Assembly (NCBI GenBank): GCA_965224605.1
Contig: CBDCZP010000005.1
Coordinates: 301,434-333,433, forward strand
Source: Thiotrichaceae bacterium
GTDB taxonomy: Bacteria > Pseudomonadota > Gammaproteobacteria > Thiotrichales > Thiotrichaceae
DNA length: 32,000 nt
Direction of reading: 5' to 3'
In this document: one piece after another, positions 7,827-19,723 of the stretch
Layout of the letters: each line of letters begins with the position of its first letter
How positions within the stretch are numbered: the first letter of the stretch is position 1
Made by a program: the position numbers and the translations under genes
The notes under the pieces: generated by a model
Database searches by the model: none
Told to the model about the DNA's origin: nothing
Seen by the model: the letters and a program-made list of their open reading frames with translations, nothing else

Positions 7827-8249
7827 TTATCTCAAAGTATTTCCAATCTTATGTATCATTTGAATCTGCGCTTTAGCTGCTTCAAGCTCAGCTTGTAGCG
7901 CTTCGTAGTTCATATCTTCAGGATCTTTTCCTTCCAATGCAGCTTCTGCTTTAGCTTTGGCTTCTTCAGCAGCTTTTTCGTCCAGATCATCAGCACGAAT
8001 AGCGGTATCAGCAAGTACAGTAACCACTGTTGGCTGTACTTCCATCATACCTCCTGATACGAATAGAGACGCCATATTACCTTCTTCTGTAATGTAACGA
8101 AGTTCGCCAGCTTTCAGTGTGGTAATGAGCTGGGCGTGTCCTGGTGTTATACCGAGATCACCCATTGAACCAGGGGCGAAGATTTCTTTTACTGTGCCAG
8201 AAAAGAGTTCTTCTTCTGCGCTTACTACATCAAGTTGTGTGGTAGACAT
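7827..8249 (-). CDS. atpC: F1 ATP synthase epsilon subunit
   Basis: The 140-aa product has a typical epsilon beta-sandwich N-terminus (LDVVSAEEELFSG...GITPGHAQLIT) and an Ala/Glu-rich helical C-terminus. It is the last gene of the operon. Confidence 0.95.
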   Translation of the reverse strand: MSTTQLDVVSAEEELFSGTVKEIFAPGSMGDLGITPGHAQLITTLKAGELRYITEEGNMASLFVSGGMMEVQPTVVTVLADTAIRADDLDEKAAEEAKAKAEAALEGKDPEDMNYEALQAELEAAKAQIQMIHKIGNTLR

Positions 8250-8275
8250 GTTGCGTCTCCTTGCTCTTAGTTTAG

Positions 8276-9664
<1,389 letters not shown>

Positions 9665-9693
9665 CTAATAAATCTAAATTCTTTTAATAACTA

Positions 9694-9801
9694 TTCAGCT
9701 AACCTCTAAAACCCGCCATTTCCGCGTTGAAAAAAAGATCATTTACAGGTGTAAATTCACTTTCTTCGCCTTGAACTGACAGATTTTAGAGGCCATCTGA
9801 A
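9694..9801 (-). other. about 108-nt nested inverted-repeat element (putative mRNA structure) inside the atpG-atpD spacer
   Basis: The outer arms are 9694-9711 and 9784-9801. On the minus (mRNA) strand they pair as 15 Watson-Crick plus 2 G:U pairs with 1 mismatch; on the plus strand there are 3 mismatches. The central palindrome is ATTTACAGGTGTAAAT (9741-9756). A middle purine tract can pair with a U7 tract. Confidence 0.5.
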
Positions 9802-9841
9802 CAGTTACGTGTTGCTGAATTAGTTAAATCTTTGAGCTATG

Positions 9842-10699
9842 CTACTCAACCGCAGCTGCACCCGAAACAATCTCTGAAATTTCTTGTGTGATTGAAGCCT
9901 GACGTGCTTTGTTGTAAACCAACTGAAGCTTATCAATCATGTCGCCTGCGTTATCCGTTGCACTTTTCATAGCAACCATTCTTGATGACATTTCACAGGC
10001 AACGTTCTCTACCACACCTTGATAGATCAAAGATTCGATATAGCGTTGCATTAATGCATCAATCACTTCTTTTGAATCTGGCTCGTAAAGGTAGTCCCAG
10101 TGATAATCCAGTTCTTCAAGATCATTAGCCACTAATGGCACTAGCTGGGTAACATGTGGCTTTTGAGTCATGCTATTAACAAACTCATTTTCCACCATGA
10201 ACAAACGATCAATCTTGCCTTCAGCAAACGCATCAAGCATTACTTTGATGGGGCCAATCATGTCAGTTAGTTCAGGTCTATCACCCAAGCCGACTGCTTC
10301 TGCAACCAAACCGTAGCGCCTGAATGCATTCAACGCTTTACCGCCATATACCGCGATATCTACTTCAACGCCTTGTTCTTTCCAATCAGCCATAGCTTGC
10401 TTGGCTTTCTTGAACAAATTGGTATTAAGACCACCACATAAACCACGATCGGTTGATATGACAATAAAACCAACACGCTTTACCTCTGCACGCTCTAGCG
10501 TATAAGGATGCTTATACTCTAGGTGTCCAGCTGCCATATGGCTAACTACCTGACGCATCTTATTTGCATAAGGGCGGGACGCGTTCATGCGCTCCGAAGC
10601 CCTACGCATTTTAGATGCCGCTACCATTTCCATGGCTTTGGTAATCTTACGTGTACTTTGAATACTACCGATCTGTGTACGAATTTCTTTAAGACCCAC
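9842..10699 (-). CDS. atpG: F1 ATP synthase gamma subunit
   Basis: The N-terminus is [31 protein letters not shown] and the C-terminus is [20 protein letters not shown]. The start is GTG, preceded by AAGAGGTAAG. Confidence 0.96.
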   Translation of the reverse strand: MGLKEIRTQIGSIQSTRKITKAMEMVAASKMRRASERMNASRPYANKMRQVVSHMAAGHLEYKHPYTLERAEVKRVGFIVISTDRGLCGGLNTNLFKKAKQAMADWKEQGVEVDIAVYGGKALNAFRRYGLVAEAVGLGDRPELTDMIGPIKVMLDAFAEGKIDRLFMVENEFVNSMTQKPHVTQLVPLVANDLEELDYHWDYLYEPDSKEVIDALMQRYIESLIYQGVVENVACEMSSRMVAMKSATDNAGDMIDKLQLVYNKARQASITQEISEIVSGAAAVE

Positions 10700-10755
10700 G
10701 GGGCTTACCTCTTCTTACCATCACTATTACAGTCAACTCATTTTCAGTTAACACG

Positions 10756-12297
10756 CTACCAGCTATGGTTAGCTTTGAAATCGTCTAATGCCGCACGCAT
10801 TTGGTCAGCGATGTCGTCGTTGTAATCACCTGTCTCATTGATCATATCTAACAAGTCCGATTGATCATTACGTAGATAACTCAACATAGCCGCTTCAAAA
10901 TCATTCACTTTATTGATTTCAAGATCATCAAGATAACCTTCGTTGGCAGAGAATAATGAGAACGCCAATTCAGCCGTTTTAAGCGGTGAATATTGTGACT
11001 GCTTCATAAGAGCCGTAACTCGCTCACCACGTTGTAGCTGTGCACGAGTTGCCTCATCAAGATCAGATGCAAACTGCGAGAATGCCGCTAATTCGCGATA
11101 CTGAGCCAAGTCAAGACGAATACCACCACCGAGTTTCTTAATGATCGTTGTCTGTGCCGCTCCACCTACTCGCGATACTGAAAGACCCGCGTCAATCGCT
11201 GGACGTGTACCTGCGTTAAACAAGTCAGTATCCAGGAATATCTGGCCATCCGTGATTGAGATTACGTTAGTCGGTACGAATGCTGATACGTCACCTTCTT
11301 GTGTCTCGATGATAGGGTAAGCCGTCAAAGAACCTGTCTTACCTTTTACTTTTCCATCCGTCATCTTCTCAACAAACTCAACGTTAACACGAGCAGCACG
11401 CTCAAGTAGACGTGAATGTAGGAAGAATACATCACCAGGATAGGCTTCACGTCCTGGAGGACGACGCAGTAGTAAAGATATTTGACGATAAGCCCAAGCT
11501 TGCTTAGTCAAATCATCATAAATAATCAATGCGTTCTGACCACGATCACGGAAGTACTCACCCATCGCACAACCTGCGTATGGAGCAAGAAACTGCATAG
11601 AGGCTGGATCCGATGCGTTAGCGGCAACCACGATGGTGTATTCCATTGCACCGTGCTCTTCTAACTTACGTACTACGCCCGCAACCGAAGATGCTTTCTG
11701 ACCAATAGCGACATAAATACACTGTACGTCTTTGCCTTTCTGGTTGATGATGGCATCGATGCCAATAGCGGTCTTACCCGTCTGACGATCACCGATAATC
11801 AATTCGCGCTGACCACGTCCAACAGGAACCATCGAATCAAGTGCTTTGATCCCCGTTTCCATTGGCTCATTAACGGATTTACGTTCGATTACACCAGGAG
11901 CCTGACGCTCAAGTGCTGCATAACCGTCATCTTCAATCTCGCCTTTTCCATCGATTGGCGCACCGAGTGCATCCACAACCCGACCTAGCAGACCTGGACC
12001 TACTGGCGTCTCAAGAATACGACCTGTACATTTCGCAGTATCGCCTTCTTTTAGGGTTTTGAAGTCACCTAGTACCACCGCACCAACAGAATCACGTTCA
12101 AGGTTCAAAGCAAGACCGAATGCACCATTTGAGAATTCAATCATCTCACCTGACATTACATCGCCTAAACCGTGAATACGCACGATTCCATCACCTACAG
12201 AAACCAGTGTACCTTCGGTACGTGCTTCTGCTTCTACATCGAAGCTTTCTATTCGCTTCTTGATTAATTCACTTATTTCAGTTGGATTTAACTGCAT
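10756..12297 (-). CDS. atpA: F1 ATP synthase alpha subunit
   Basis: It has the Walker A motif GDRQTGKT and conserved alpha motifs ([55 protein letters not shown]). Confidence 0.98.
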   Translation of the reverse strand: MQLNPTEISELIKKRIESFDVEAEARTEGTLVSVGDGIVRIHGLGDVMSGEMIEFSNGAFGLALNLERDSVGAVVLGDFKTLKEGDTAKCTGRILETPVGPGLLGRVVDALGAPIDGKGEIEDDGYAALERQAPGVIERKSVNEPMETGIKALDSMVPVGRGQRELIIGDRQTGKTAIGIDAIINQKGKDVQCIYVAIGQKASSVAGVVRKLEEHGAMEYTIVVAANASDPASMQFLAPYAGCAMGEYFRDRGQNALIIYDDLTKQAWAYRQISLLLRRPPGREAYPGDVFFLHSRLLERAARVNVEFVEKMTDGKVKGKTGSLTAYPIIETQEGDVSAFVPTNVISITDGQIFLDTDLFNAGTRPAIDAGLSVSRVGGAAQTTIIKKLGGGIRLDLAQYRELAAFSQFASDLDEATRAQLQRGERVTALMKQSQYSPLKTAELAFSLFSANEGYLDDLEINKVNDFEAAMLSYLRNDQSDLLDMINETGDYNDDIADQMRAALDDFKANHSW

Positions 12298-12332
12298 TTC
12301 TTTTCCTCTAGTAATCTTTATTGATCACTGAT

Positions 12333-12869
12333 TTAGCCGACCAGAGCATGTGTGATATTTTTCAATCTACCCTGTATCGAACCGTCTATTACCAAGTCAC
12401 CTGCCCGAATAATTGCACCACCCATAATTGATTCATCAATTATTTCAGTGATTTTGACATCACGACCCAGACGTTTTTTCAAAGCAGTCGCTATTGACTT
12501 TTTCTCATCATCAGATAATTCCTGAGCTGAGGTCACAACGGCTTCTACTACGTCTTCCGCTTCGTCTTTTAGCGCTTCAAATAAAACGCTGATTTCAGGA
12601 AGGACTTCCAAGCGATCAAATTCCGCCAATTGCTTTACGAGGTTTTTACCTCCGTCATCCAAGTGATCACCACTGATCTCAATTACAGCATTTGCTGCAA
12701 CAGAACCTGTCATGTTTGGATTATCCAGCAACGCACGCACATCATCATGACTGACAACGGTACCCAAAAATGCTAACTCGTCAGACCATTCGGTCAACTT
12801 GCCAGCATCGTTAGCCAGTTCAAAGACGGCTTTTGCGTAAGGACGGGCTGTGGTAGTTAATTCAGACAT
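12333..12869 (-). CDS. atpH: F1 ATP synthase delta (OSCP) subunit
   Basis: The 178-aa product starts with ARPYAKAVFELA and shows IMGGAIIRAGDLVIDGS near the C-terminus. Its operon position is between atpF and atpA. Confidence 0.93.
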   Translation of the reverse strand: MSELTTTARPYAKAVFELANDAGKLTEWSDELAFLGTVVSHDDVRALLDNPNMTGSVAANAVIEISGDHLDDGGKNLVKQLAEFDRLEVLPEISVLFEALKDEAEDVVEAVVTSAQELSDDEKKSIATALKKRLGRDVKITEIIDESIMGGAIIRAGDLVIDGSIQGRLKNITHALVG

Positions 12870-12890
12870 TTCTCAATCTCCTCAACCAAC

Positions 12891-13361
12891 CTAAATCTTT
12901 GCAACAAGATCAGCTAAGGCACTTTTGTGTGTCTTAGCATCAATCTCTTTGCCGAGGATTTTACTCGCTCCGGCAACCGCTAATTCAGACACCTGGGCAC
13001 GCAGTCCGTCTTTAGCACGAATGATTTCTTGTTCAAGTTCAGCGTCAGCTGCCGCTTTGACACGCCCAGCTTCTTCAAGCGCTTTGTTCTTAGCTTCTTC
13101 AAGCATCTGACTTTCGCGGGCTTTACCTTGCGCTACAATTTCCGCAGCTTGGGCTTTCGCTTCACTAATGGTCTTTGCTGCTTCTTCTTCAGCTACTTTA
13201 GCGTCTTCAGCACCTTTTTCTGATGCAGCAAGACCTTCAGCGATACGCGCTTTACGATCTTCCATTGCAGTCAGAACCGGCTCCCAAAGGAATCGCTTCA
13301 TAAACAGTATAAGGAGGGTAAAAACGATTACCTGTCCAAATAAAGTTGCGGTGATATTCAT
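12891..13361 (-). CDS. atpF: Fo ATP synthase b subunit
   Basis: The 156-aa product has a single N-terminal TM helix, then a long Ala/Glu/Lys-rich coiled coil (FLWEPVLTAMEDRKARIAEGL...). Confidence 0.93.
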   Translation of the reverse strand: MNITATLFGQVIVFTLLILFMKRFLWEPVLTAMEDRKARIAEGLAASEKGAEDAKVAEEEAAKTISEAKAQAAEIVAQGKARESQMLEEAKNKALEEAGRVKAAADAELEQEIIRAKDGLRAQVSELAVAGASKILGKEIDAKTHKSALADLVAKI

Positions 13362-13406
13362 AATCTTCTCCGAATGTTATTCAGTTAGTTAAACACTTAG
13401 AGTTGA

Positions 13407-13691
13407 TTATCCGCCTAGCGCAGCTTTAGCAGCACCAATGAACGGGTTAGCGAAGATGAACCACATTGAGATACCCAATACGATCATTGGGAATGCTTCC
13501 ATCAAACCACCTGTGAATAGCATTTGACCAGTCAACTGAGCACGCATCTCAGGCTGACGAGCAATACCTTCGATAAACTTAGAACAGATCATGCCCCAAC
13601 CTAGAGCAGAACCTAACCCAGCAGCAGCAAGGATGATTCCCACAGCGATAGCAGTTGATGACATGATTTCAGATACTATTGAAGGATCCAT
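13407..13691 (-). CDS. atpE: Fo ATP synthase c subunit (proteolipid)
   Basis: It is a two-helix hairpin with a Gly-rich helix 1, an ARQPE loop, and the ion-binding carboxylate in GGLMEAFPM (Glu followed by Ala, which is H+-type). AGGAG lies 7 nt upstream of the ATG. Confidence 0.93.
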   Translation of the reverse strand: MDPSIVSEIMSSTAIAVGIILAAAGLGSALGWGMICSKFIEGIARQPEMRAQLTGQMLFTGGLMEAFPMIVLGISMWFIFANPFIGAAKAALGG

Positions 13692-13789
13692 AATTAATCT
13701 CCTAAAAAGATAAAATAAAAATAAATAAAAAAATTGAAACAGTGTTAATGGGATTGGCTATGCTATCAACCAATCCTATTTAATAATTT

Positions 13790-14728
<939 letters not shown>

Positions 14729-14827
14729 TGCTTAACGGTATTTAAGAGATAATCCAATTATTACTTTTTCTTCTTATGAGCTATCTATTACCCGAACTGC
14801 ATATTACTTTTTTGAACCAAGTTAATA

Positions 14828-15178
14828 CTACTTAGCTCGCTTCGACCCATAAATCATGTAGGCCAACTGTGCCAGTGCAAAGGTTCCTAGCATGGCAGGA
14901 GGGTTTAACTTTAATACTCCCATGCCGATGCCGAACATCACTAACACAAATATAAATCTTTGAATAACACCTAAATAGAGGGTCAAAACACCTCCGTCCG
15001 GATTATTGTCTGCCATTTCAGCAGCACTTTGTAAACGCCATGACAGCAATAGCGTATTCACTATGGCTACCGCTCCTCCGAAAAAAGAAGCCAGTATAGT
15101 CACTTCGCCCATATAATAAACGAAGCCTGAAGCACCAATGAGTATCAATATGACTTGTATGATTATTAAACTACGCAT
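14828..15178 (-). CDS. atpI: ATP synthase protein I (AtpI-like small membrane protein)
   Basis: The 116-aa product is very hydrophobic with about four helices. It is the first gene of the operon, immediately upstream of atpB. The call rests mainly on position and topology. Confidence 0.7.
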   Translation of the reverse strand: MRSLIIIQVILILIGASGFVYYMGEVTILASFFGGAVAIVNTLLLSWRLQSAAEMADNNPDGGVLTLYLGVIQRFIFVLVMFGIGMGVLKLNPPAMLGTFALAQLAYMIYGSKRAK

Positions 15179-15390
15179 TCATTTTCATCATTAATACTTT
15201 CAATCTAAAAGCAAAGTAATTAGCGCTTCTCTTAAAGAAAAAAAACACGAGTCAGGGCTAACACCGCCACAGCCCATCACTAAAACCTAGTTGTCTGCGC
15301 TCAATTGGCTTGAGATATTAGCACTCTCATTAACCAGTAACAAGCTGTTGACGATACTAATATTAGAAAACACTCAAATAATTATACAGG

Positions 15391-15792
15391 TTAGGTTTTA
15401 ACCTGCTTCATTGCACTCTCGCGCAGCCAATATTTCAACATGTAATATAAAACTATGCCTCCTGCATCCGCTGCCAAATCAGCTAATTCAAAAGAACGAT
15501 GCACCGTGAAATTCTGTAAGATTTCTATAAAGGCACCATAACAAAGTAAGGGCAACCCTTTCCATAACCAAAAGGGTTTCCGCGCAGTAGCCAGATCCGT
15601 TAATAACGCAAACCCAAAAAATACAACCAGATGAACTAGCTTGTCATTGACTTTCGGTAATGCGTAACCTGTCAAGGGCATGGTTGCCACCCACAAACCC
15701 AATACCATCAAAAAAATCAGGAGTAGACGTGTACTGATTTTAAACGCACCTTGTTGACGCAACTCTCTGACAAACGTTATGAGTTTATGCAC
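15391..15792 (-). CDS. VanZ-like family membrane protein
   Basis: The 133-aa product has four TM helices, the DKLVHLVVFFGFALL motif and a C-terminal ELADLAADAGGIVL, both typical of the VanZ-like family. The start is GTG. Confidence 0.65.
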   Translation of the reverse strand: MHKLITFVRELRQQGAFKISTRLLLIFLMVLGLWVATMPLTGYALPKVNDKLVHLVVFFGFALLTDLATARKPFWLWKGLPLLCYGAFIEILQNFTVHRSFELADLAADAGGIVLYYMLKYWLRESAMKQVKT

Positions 15793-15905
15793 TATTTTTT
15801 ATGCCTATTTGATACAATGGGCGGCATAATTACATACTATTCCCGCTTACGTCTAGTCTGCTAGACTAAGCTGTTGCAACAAAATTTATAAGTAGATTTC
15901 GCAAT

Positions 15906-18104
15906 ATGGACGTTTCTTACATTCTTGATGAACTCAACAAACCACAACGTGAAGCCGTATCAGCACCACAACAGCCTGTGCTGGTGCTTGCGGGAGCAGG
16001 CAGTGGTAAAACACGTGTATTAGTTCATCGGATTGCCTGGCTAATAGAGGTTGAGCAAATTGCACCTTTCAGCATACTTTCGGTAACTTTCACCAATAAA
16101 GCGGCTAGTGAAATGCGCGGGCGCATAGAAAACCTACTCGGCACACCCGTTGGTGGCATGTGGGTAGGCACTTTTCATGGCCTTGCTCATCGCTTGCTTC
16201 GTCGGCATTGGCAAGAGGCTAAACTACCTCAGCATTTTCAAATTCTTGATTCAGATGACCAGCTCCGTTTGATTAAACGAGCACAGCGTTCACTCGATCT
16301 TGACGACAAACTATGGCCCCCTCGACAAGCCCAATGGTTTATCAATGCACGCAAGGACGAAGGTGTAAGACCCCAATACATGCAGGACAATGGGGATATA
16401 AACTATCTGCAAATGATTAGTATCTATACAGCCTATGAGGCACTTTGCAAGCAATCTGGCGTCGTCGATTTTGGCGAACTATTACTGCGATCACTTGAGT
16501 TGATTAGAGACAATCCTGAGCTTCAAAAGCATTACCAGCAACGCTTCAGACATATATTAGTTGATGAGTTTCAAGATACCAATGAGCTTCAGTATGCCTG
16601 GTTACAATTATTATCTGGCGGAAATAATCCTGTCTTTGCAGTGGGTGATGATGATCAATCTATTTATGGTTGGCGTGGTGCAAAAATTGAGAACATACAG
16701 AATTTCACGAAGGACTATTCTGCTGCCATCACGGTTCGCCTCGAACAAAATTACCGTTCAACCAGCAATATTCTAAAAGCGGCTAATGCGCTTATTGCAA
16801 ACAATGAAGGCAGGTTGGGCAAGAACCTGTGGACGGATGATAGCGATGGTGAACTAATCAAGCTTTATGCCGCTTATAACGAAGTGGATGAAGCAGGTTA
16901 TATTGCTGGTCAGATTCACACATGGGTTGAGCACGGTGGGAAACGTGATGAAGTAGCTGTTTTGTATCGGTCTAATGCCCAGTCACGCGTTTTTGAATCT
17001 ACCTTTATTGAGCAAGGAATCCCCTATCGTGTCTATGGCGGACAACGCTTTTTCGAACGGGCAGAAATTAAGGATGCCCTCGCCTATCTCCGTATTACCG
17101 CTAATCGTGATGACGACCCATCCTTTGAACGAGTTGTGAATCAGCCTACACGGGGTATCGGAGACAAAACAGTTAGTCTTATTCGCGAGTATGCTACGAA
17201 CCACAATCAGTCCTTATGGCAAGCAAGCCATAGCGTTATTGAAGAGGGTGGTTTGACGGCACGAGCAGGAAATGCGGTGCAAGGATTCATTGACCTCGTC
17301 AGTAACATGGCGGAGGGTATTGATGAATTGGAACTCCATGATCAGGTACGGCATGTCATCGCAAGCTCTAAACTAAAAGAACATTTTCTTAAAAAAGAAG
17401 GTGAAGAGAAAGGAAATAACCGGATTGAAAATCTTGAGGAACTTATCTCTGCTGCTCAAGCCTTTCAATATAAGCCTGAAGATGAACACGCCAATTTAGA
17501 TATTTTAACCGCTTTCCTCTCTCATGCAGCTCTAGAAGCGGGTGAAGGACAAGGCGACCCGAATGAAGATGCCGTACAAATGATGTCAATGCACTCGGCA
17601 AAAGGACTAGAATTTCCACAGGTTTTTATTACCGGCATGGAAGAAGGTTTGTTCCCCCACAAGAACGCCTTGGAAGAAGCGGGTAGAATGGAAGAAGAAC
17701 GTAGGCTGTGTTATGTGGCCATTACGCGTGCCAGACAATTATTAACCATGAGTTATGCAGAACAACGTCAGCTCTATGGAAACACTATTTATGGAATCAT
17801 CCCATCCAAGTTTATCCATGAAATTCCTGATGAGTTAGTTGAGGAAATCCGTCCACAGGTGACTACCTGGAATACTAATAGTCGATTTAGCGACAACCAT
17901 CACAATGCAAACAACACAAGTCGCTATAAATCGGGCAATGAAACTGGCTATAGCATTGGTCAGCGTGTTAACCATAGCAAGTTTGGGGAAGGTATTATTC
18001 TGGATACTGAAGGCGCTGGAAGCTCAGCACGCGTACAGGTTAATTTTGATTATGAAGGGAGTAAGTGGCTAGTCTTGGCTTATGCCAATCTATCAGCGCT
18101 CTAA
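15906..18104 (+). CDS. uvrD: DNA helicase II (SF1 UvrD)
   Basis: It is collinear with E. coli UvrD from MDVSY.LD.LN..QREAV through AGAGSGKTRVLVHRIAWL, VDEFQDTN, GDDDQSIYGWRGA, LEQNYRSTSNIL, LYRSNAQSR, MHSAKGLEFPQVFI, YVAITRA and the C-terminal KFGEG...KWLV.AYA motif. Confidence 0.96.
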   Translation: MDVSYILDELNKPQREAVSAPQQPVLVLAGAGSGKTRVLVHRIAWLIEVEQIAPFSILSVTFTNKAASEMRGRIENLLGTPVGGMWVGTFHGLAHRLLRRHWQEAKLPQHFQILDSDDQLRLIKRAQRSLDLDDKLWPPRQAQWFINARKDEGVRPQYMQDNGDINYLQMISIYTAYEALCKQSGVVDFGELLLRSLELIRDNPELQKHYQQRFRHILVDEFQDTNELQYAWLQLLSGGNNPVFAVGDDDQSIYGWRGAKIENIQNFTKDYSAAITVRLEQNYRSTSNILKAANALIANNEGRLGKNLWTDDSDGELIKLYAAYNEVDEAGYIAGQIHTWVEHGGKRDEVAVLYRSNAQSRVFESTFIEQGIPYRVYGGQRFFERAEIKDALAYLRITANRDDDPSFERVVNQPTRGIGDKTVSLIREYATNHNQSLWQASHSVIEEGGLTARAGNAVQGFIDLVSNMAEGIDELELHDQVRHVIASSKLKEHFLKKEGEEKGNNRIENLEELISAAQAFQYKPEDEHANLDILTAFLSHAALEAGEGQGDPNEDAVQMMSMHSAKGLEFPQVFITGMEEGLFPHKNALEEAGRMEEERRLCYVAITRARQLLTMSYAEQRQLYGNTIYGIIPSKFIHEIPDELVEEIRPQVTTWNTNSRFSDNHHNANNTSRYKSGNETGYSIGQRVNHSKFGEGIILDTEGAGSSARVQVNFDYEGSKWLVLAYANLSAL

Positions 18105-18140
18105 ACACTTACCCAAGCAACCTCCCAAAACATACAGCAT

Positions 18141-18170
18141 AAAAAAAGCCGCTAAAAAGCGGCTTTTTTT
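18141..18170. terminator. bidirectional rho-independent terminator between convergent uvrD and the PG-binding protein gene
   Basis: AAAAAAAGCCGC-TAAAAA-GCGGCTTTTTTT. The stem AGCCGC/GCGGCT is flanked by A7 and T7 runs, so it reads as a stem followed by a U-run on both strands. Confidence 0.9.
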
Positions 18171-18194
18171 ATTTACGTTCCAAGGATATACAAA

Positions 18195-19604
18195 TTACAT
18201 TAGCCCAAGATCTTCAAGAACTTTGATAGTCAAACCACCACGAGGTAGGTCTTTATCAACCTGATATTTATTGACTGAGTTCAACGTACCACGACCAATA
18301 CTTCCATCCACTGGGCCGTTATAGTAGCCCGCATCTTTAAGCGCTTGTTGAATCTTTATATTTAATTCCTTTGTCATATTTGTCTGACAAAGTACACGAC
18401 GCCATTCGAGCTTCTCACTTGAAACTTTCTTGCGTAATTCAACGGCCTTGCTTTGTGCAGGGACTGATGTACGAACAATTTCTGCGGCTGTTGCCACCTT
18501 TTCAGTTTTAACTACCTTAGTTTCAGCAGCTACTTTTTCTTCTTCTACAGAAGCAGGTGTATCAAGCACTAGTTTCTTTACAGTCTGTTGTTTAGCAGGT
18601 ATTCCCTTCAAACAAACCTGTAATCCTGTGTAGGCACCTTCACCTTCTTCAGCAACAGGTCGCCAGCTGAACTGTGCATCAGCAACTTTTGCACGCGTAG
18701 TCACTGTTGTGAATTCAGCCTCAACGGGTACTTTTTCAGAGGTAGCATCTGTTACTAACTTAGTTGTTTTGATTGCTTTAGTCACTGCCGAAACTTCTGA
18801 ATCCTGAATGGTAGCAGCGCTTTTCAATACAGTCTTCAAGAAAGTGTCGTATCTAGCAGGCACTTGAACCAGACACATGATTTCACCGGTTGTATTGTCA
18901 ATACGCTCAACAAGTCCAGAACCTTTTTTCCATACTGCTTTAGCAGGTTCTATTAGTACTTTCTCTTCAATTTTGTCGTAAACAGCGGCAATTGATTTTT
19001 TAACATTATAAGCAGGTTTAGTGGTTACAGATTCTTCACTTGCTTCGAACTCAGCTGCTTTGATAACGATGTTTTCGGACGATTCTTTAACTTCAACCTT
19101 TTTGTCATTTTGCTCAAACTTGGCAGGCATGTAGAATTCGCGATAACAAGCACCTGGCTGAGCAGCATCAATCTCAATGCCACTTGTTTTAGCCGCAACC
19201 AATAACGCTGGACTAGCAGGAATTCCTTTTCGACCTAATGAAGTTACCCATTCGTTACGAGCAGGCTCAGTCTCTACAAGCTCTTCTTCAGAACGGTATT
19301 TAGCAGGAACGGCTTTAAGCTTGGTATAAGCGGGCCTAGTCTCTATTTCTTGTTCGGCCGCATCGAAAGTTGCAGGAATAATTTCAACAGTTTCTTGTTC
19401 TGGCTGTACGACAACTTCTTGAGTACTAGTTTCGTAGGTAGCGGGAACGATAACTTTTGCAAAACATTCACCTGGTTTTGCATCTGGCAGAGTATTCGTT
19501 GCATCAACTGGACTTGATGCCCCTTCTCCTTCCGCATATGAATGCATCGCTACAGAAATAGATACAGCTAATAATGCCACTGAGGCAATACCTTTATTCA
19601 TCAT
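18195..19604 (-). CDS. secreted four-module repeat protein with C-terminal peptidoglycan-binding (PG_binding_1-like) domain
   Basis: The signal peptide is MMNKGIASVALLAVSISVAMHSYA|EG. Four modules of about 71-73 aa each run from a Cys (47, 153, 244, 331) to a Trp (119, 225, 314, 401). The C-terminal IQQALKDAGYYNGPVDGSIGRGTLNSVNKYQVDKDLPRGG matches the PG_binding_1 pattern. Confidence 0.7.
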   Translation of the reverse strand: MMNKGIASVALLAVSISVAMHSYAEGEGASSPVDATNTLPDAKPGECFAKVIVPATYETSTQEVVVQPEQETVEIIPATFDAAEQEIETRPAYTKLKAVPAKYRSEEELVETEPARNEWVTSLGRKGIPASPALLVAAKTSGIEIDAAQPGACYREFYMPAKFEQNDKKVEVKESSENIVIKAAEFEASEESVTTKPAYNVKKSIAAVYDKIEEKVLIEPAKAVWKKGSGLVERIDNTTGEIMCLVQVPARYDTFLKTVLKSAATIQDSEVSAVTKAIKTTKLVTDATSEKVPVEAEFTTVTTRAKVADAQFSWRPVAEEGEGAYTGLQVCLKGIPAKQQTVKKLVLDTPASVEEEKVAAETKVVKTEKVATAAEIVRTSVPAQSKAVELRKKVSSEKLEWRRVLCQTNMTKELNIKIQQALKDAGYYNGPVDGSIGRGTLNSVNKYQVDKDLPRGGLTIKVLEDLGLM

Positions 19605-19723
19605 GTTAATACCTAAATTAATTTAATTTTTTCAAATTGAATAGAAAACCTATACAAATACAAGTGTTAATAATGCGCGATTATAAACCCAATCTCAATC
19701 TAAACAAGATGAGTTGACAAGCG

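Noticed and set aside
12925-13392. Three overlapping plus-strand ORFs (61-74 aa) opposite atpF
   Set aside because: The Ala/Glu/Lys-rich coiled-coil coding sequence of the b subunit (GCN/GAA/AAR codons) naturally leaves antisense frames open. Their products are Ser/Ala/Phe low-complexity strings.
15179-15390. GGGCT-N11-AGCCC hairpin plus a T9 run (minus strand, about 15238-15275), considered as the VanZ-like gene terminator, and atp promoter candidates
   Set aside because: The T-run is 9 nt from a 5-bp stem, so the geometry is non-canonical. The promoter hexamer matches (TTACTT, 17-nt spacer, TATTAA) are weak in such AT-rich DNA. Neither is strong enough to report as a feature.
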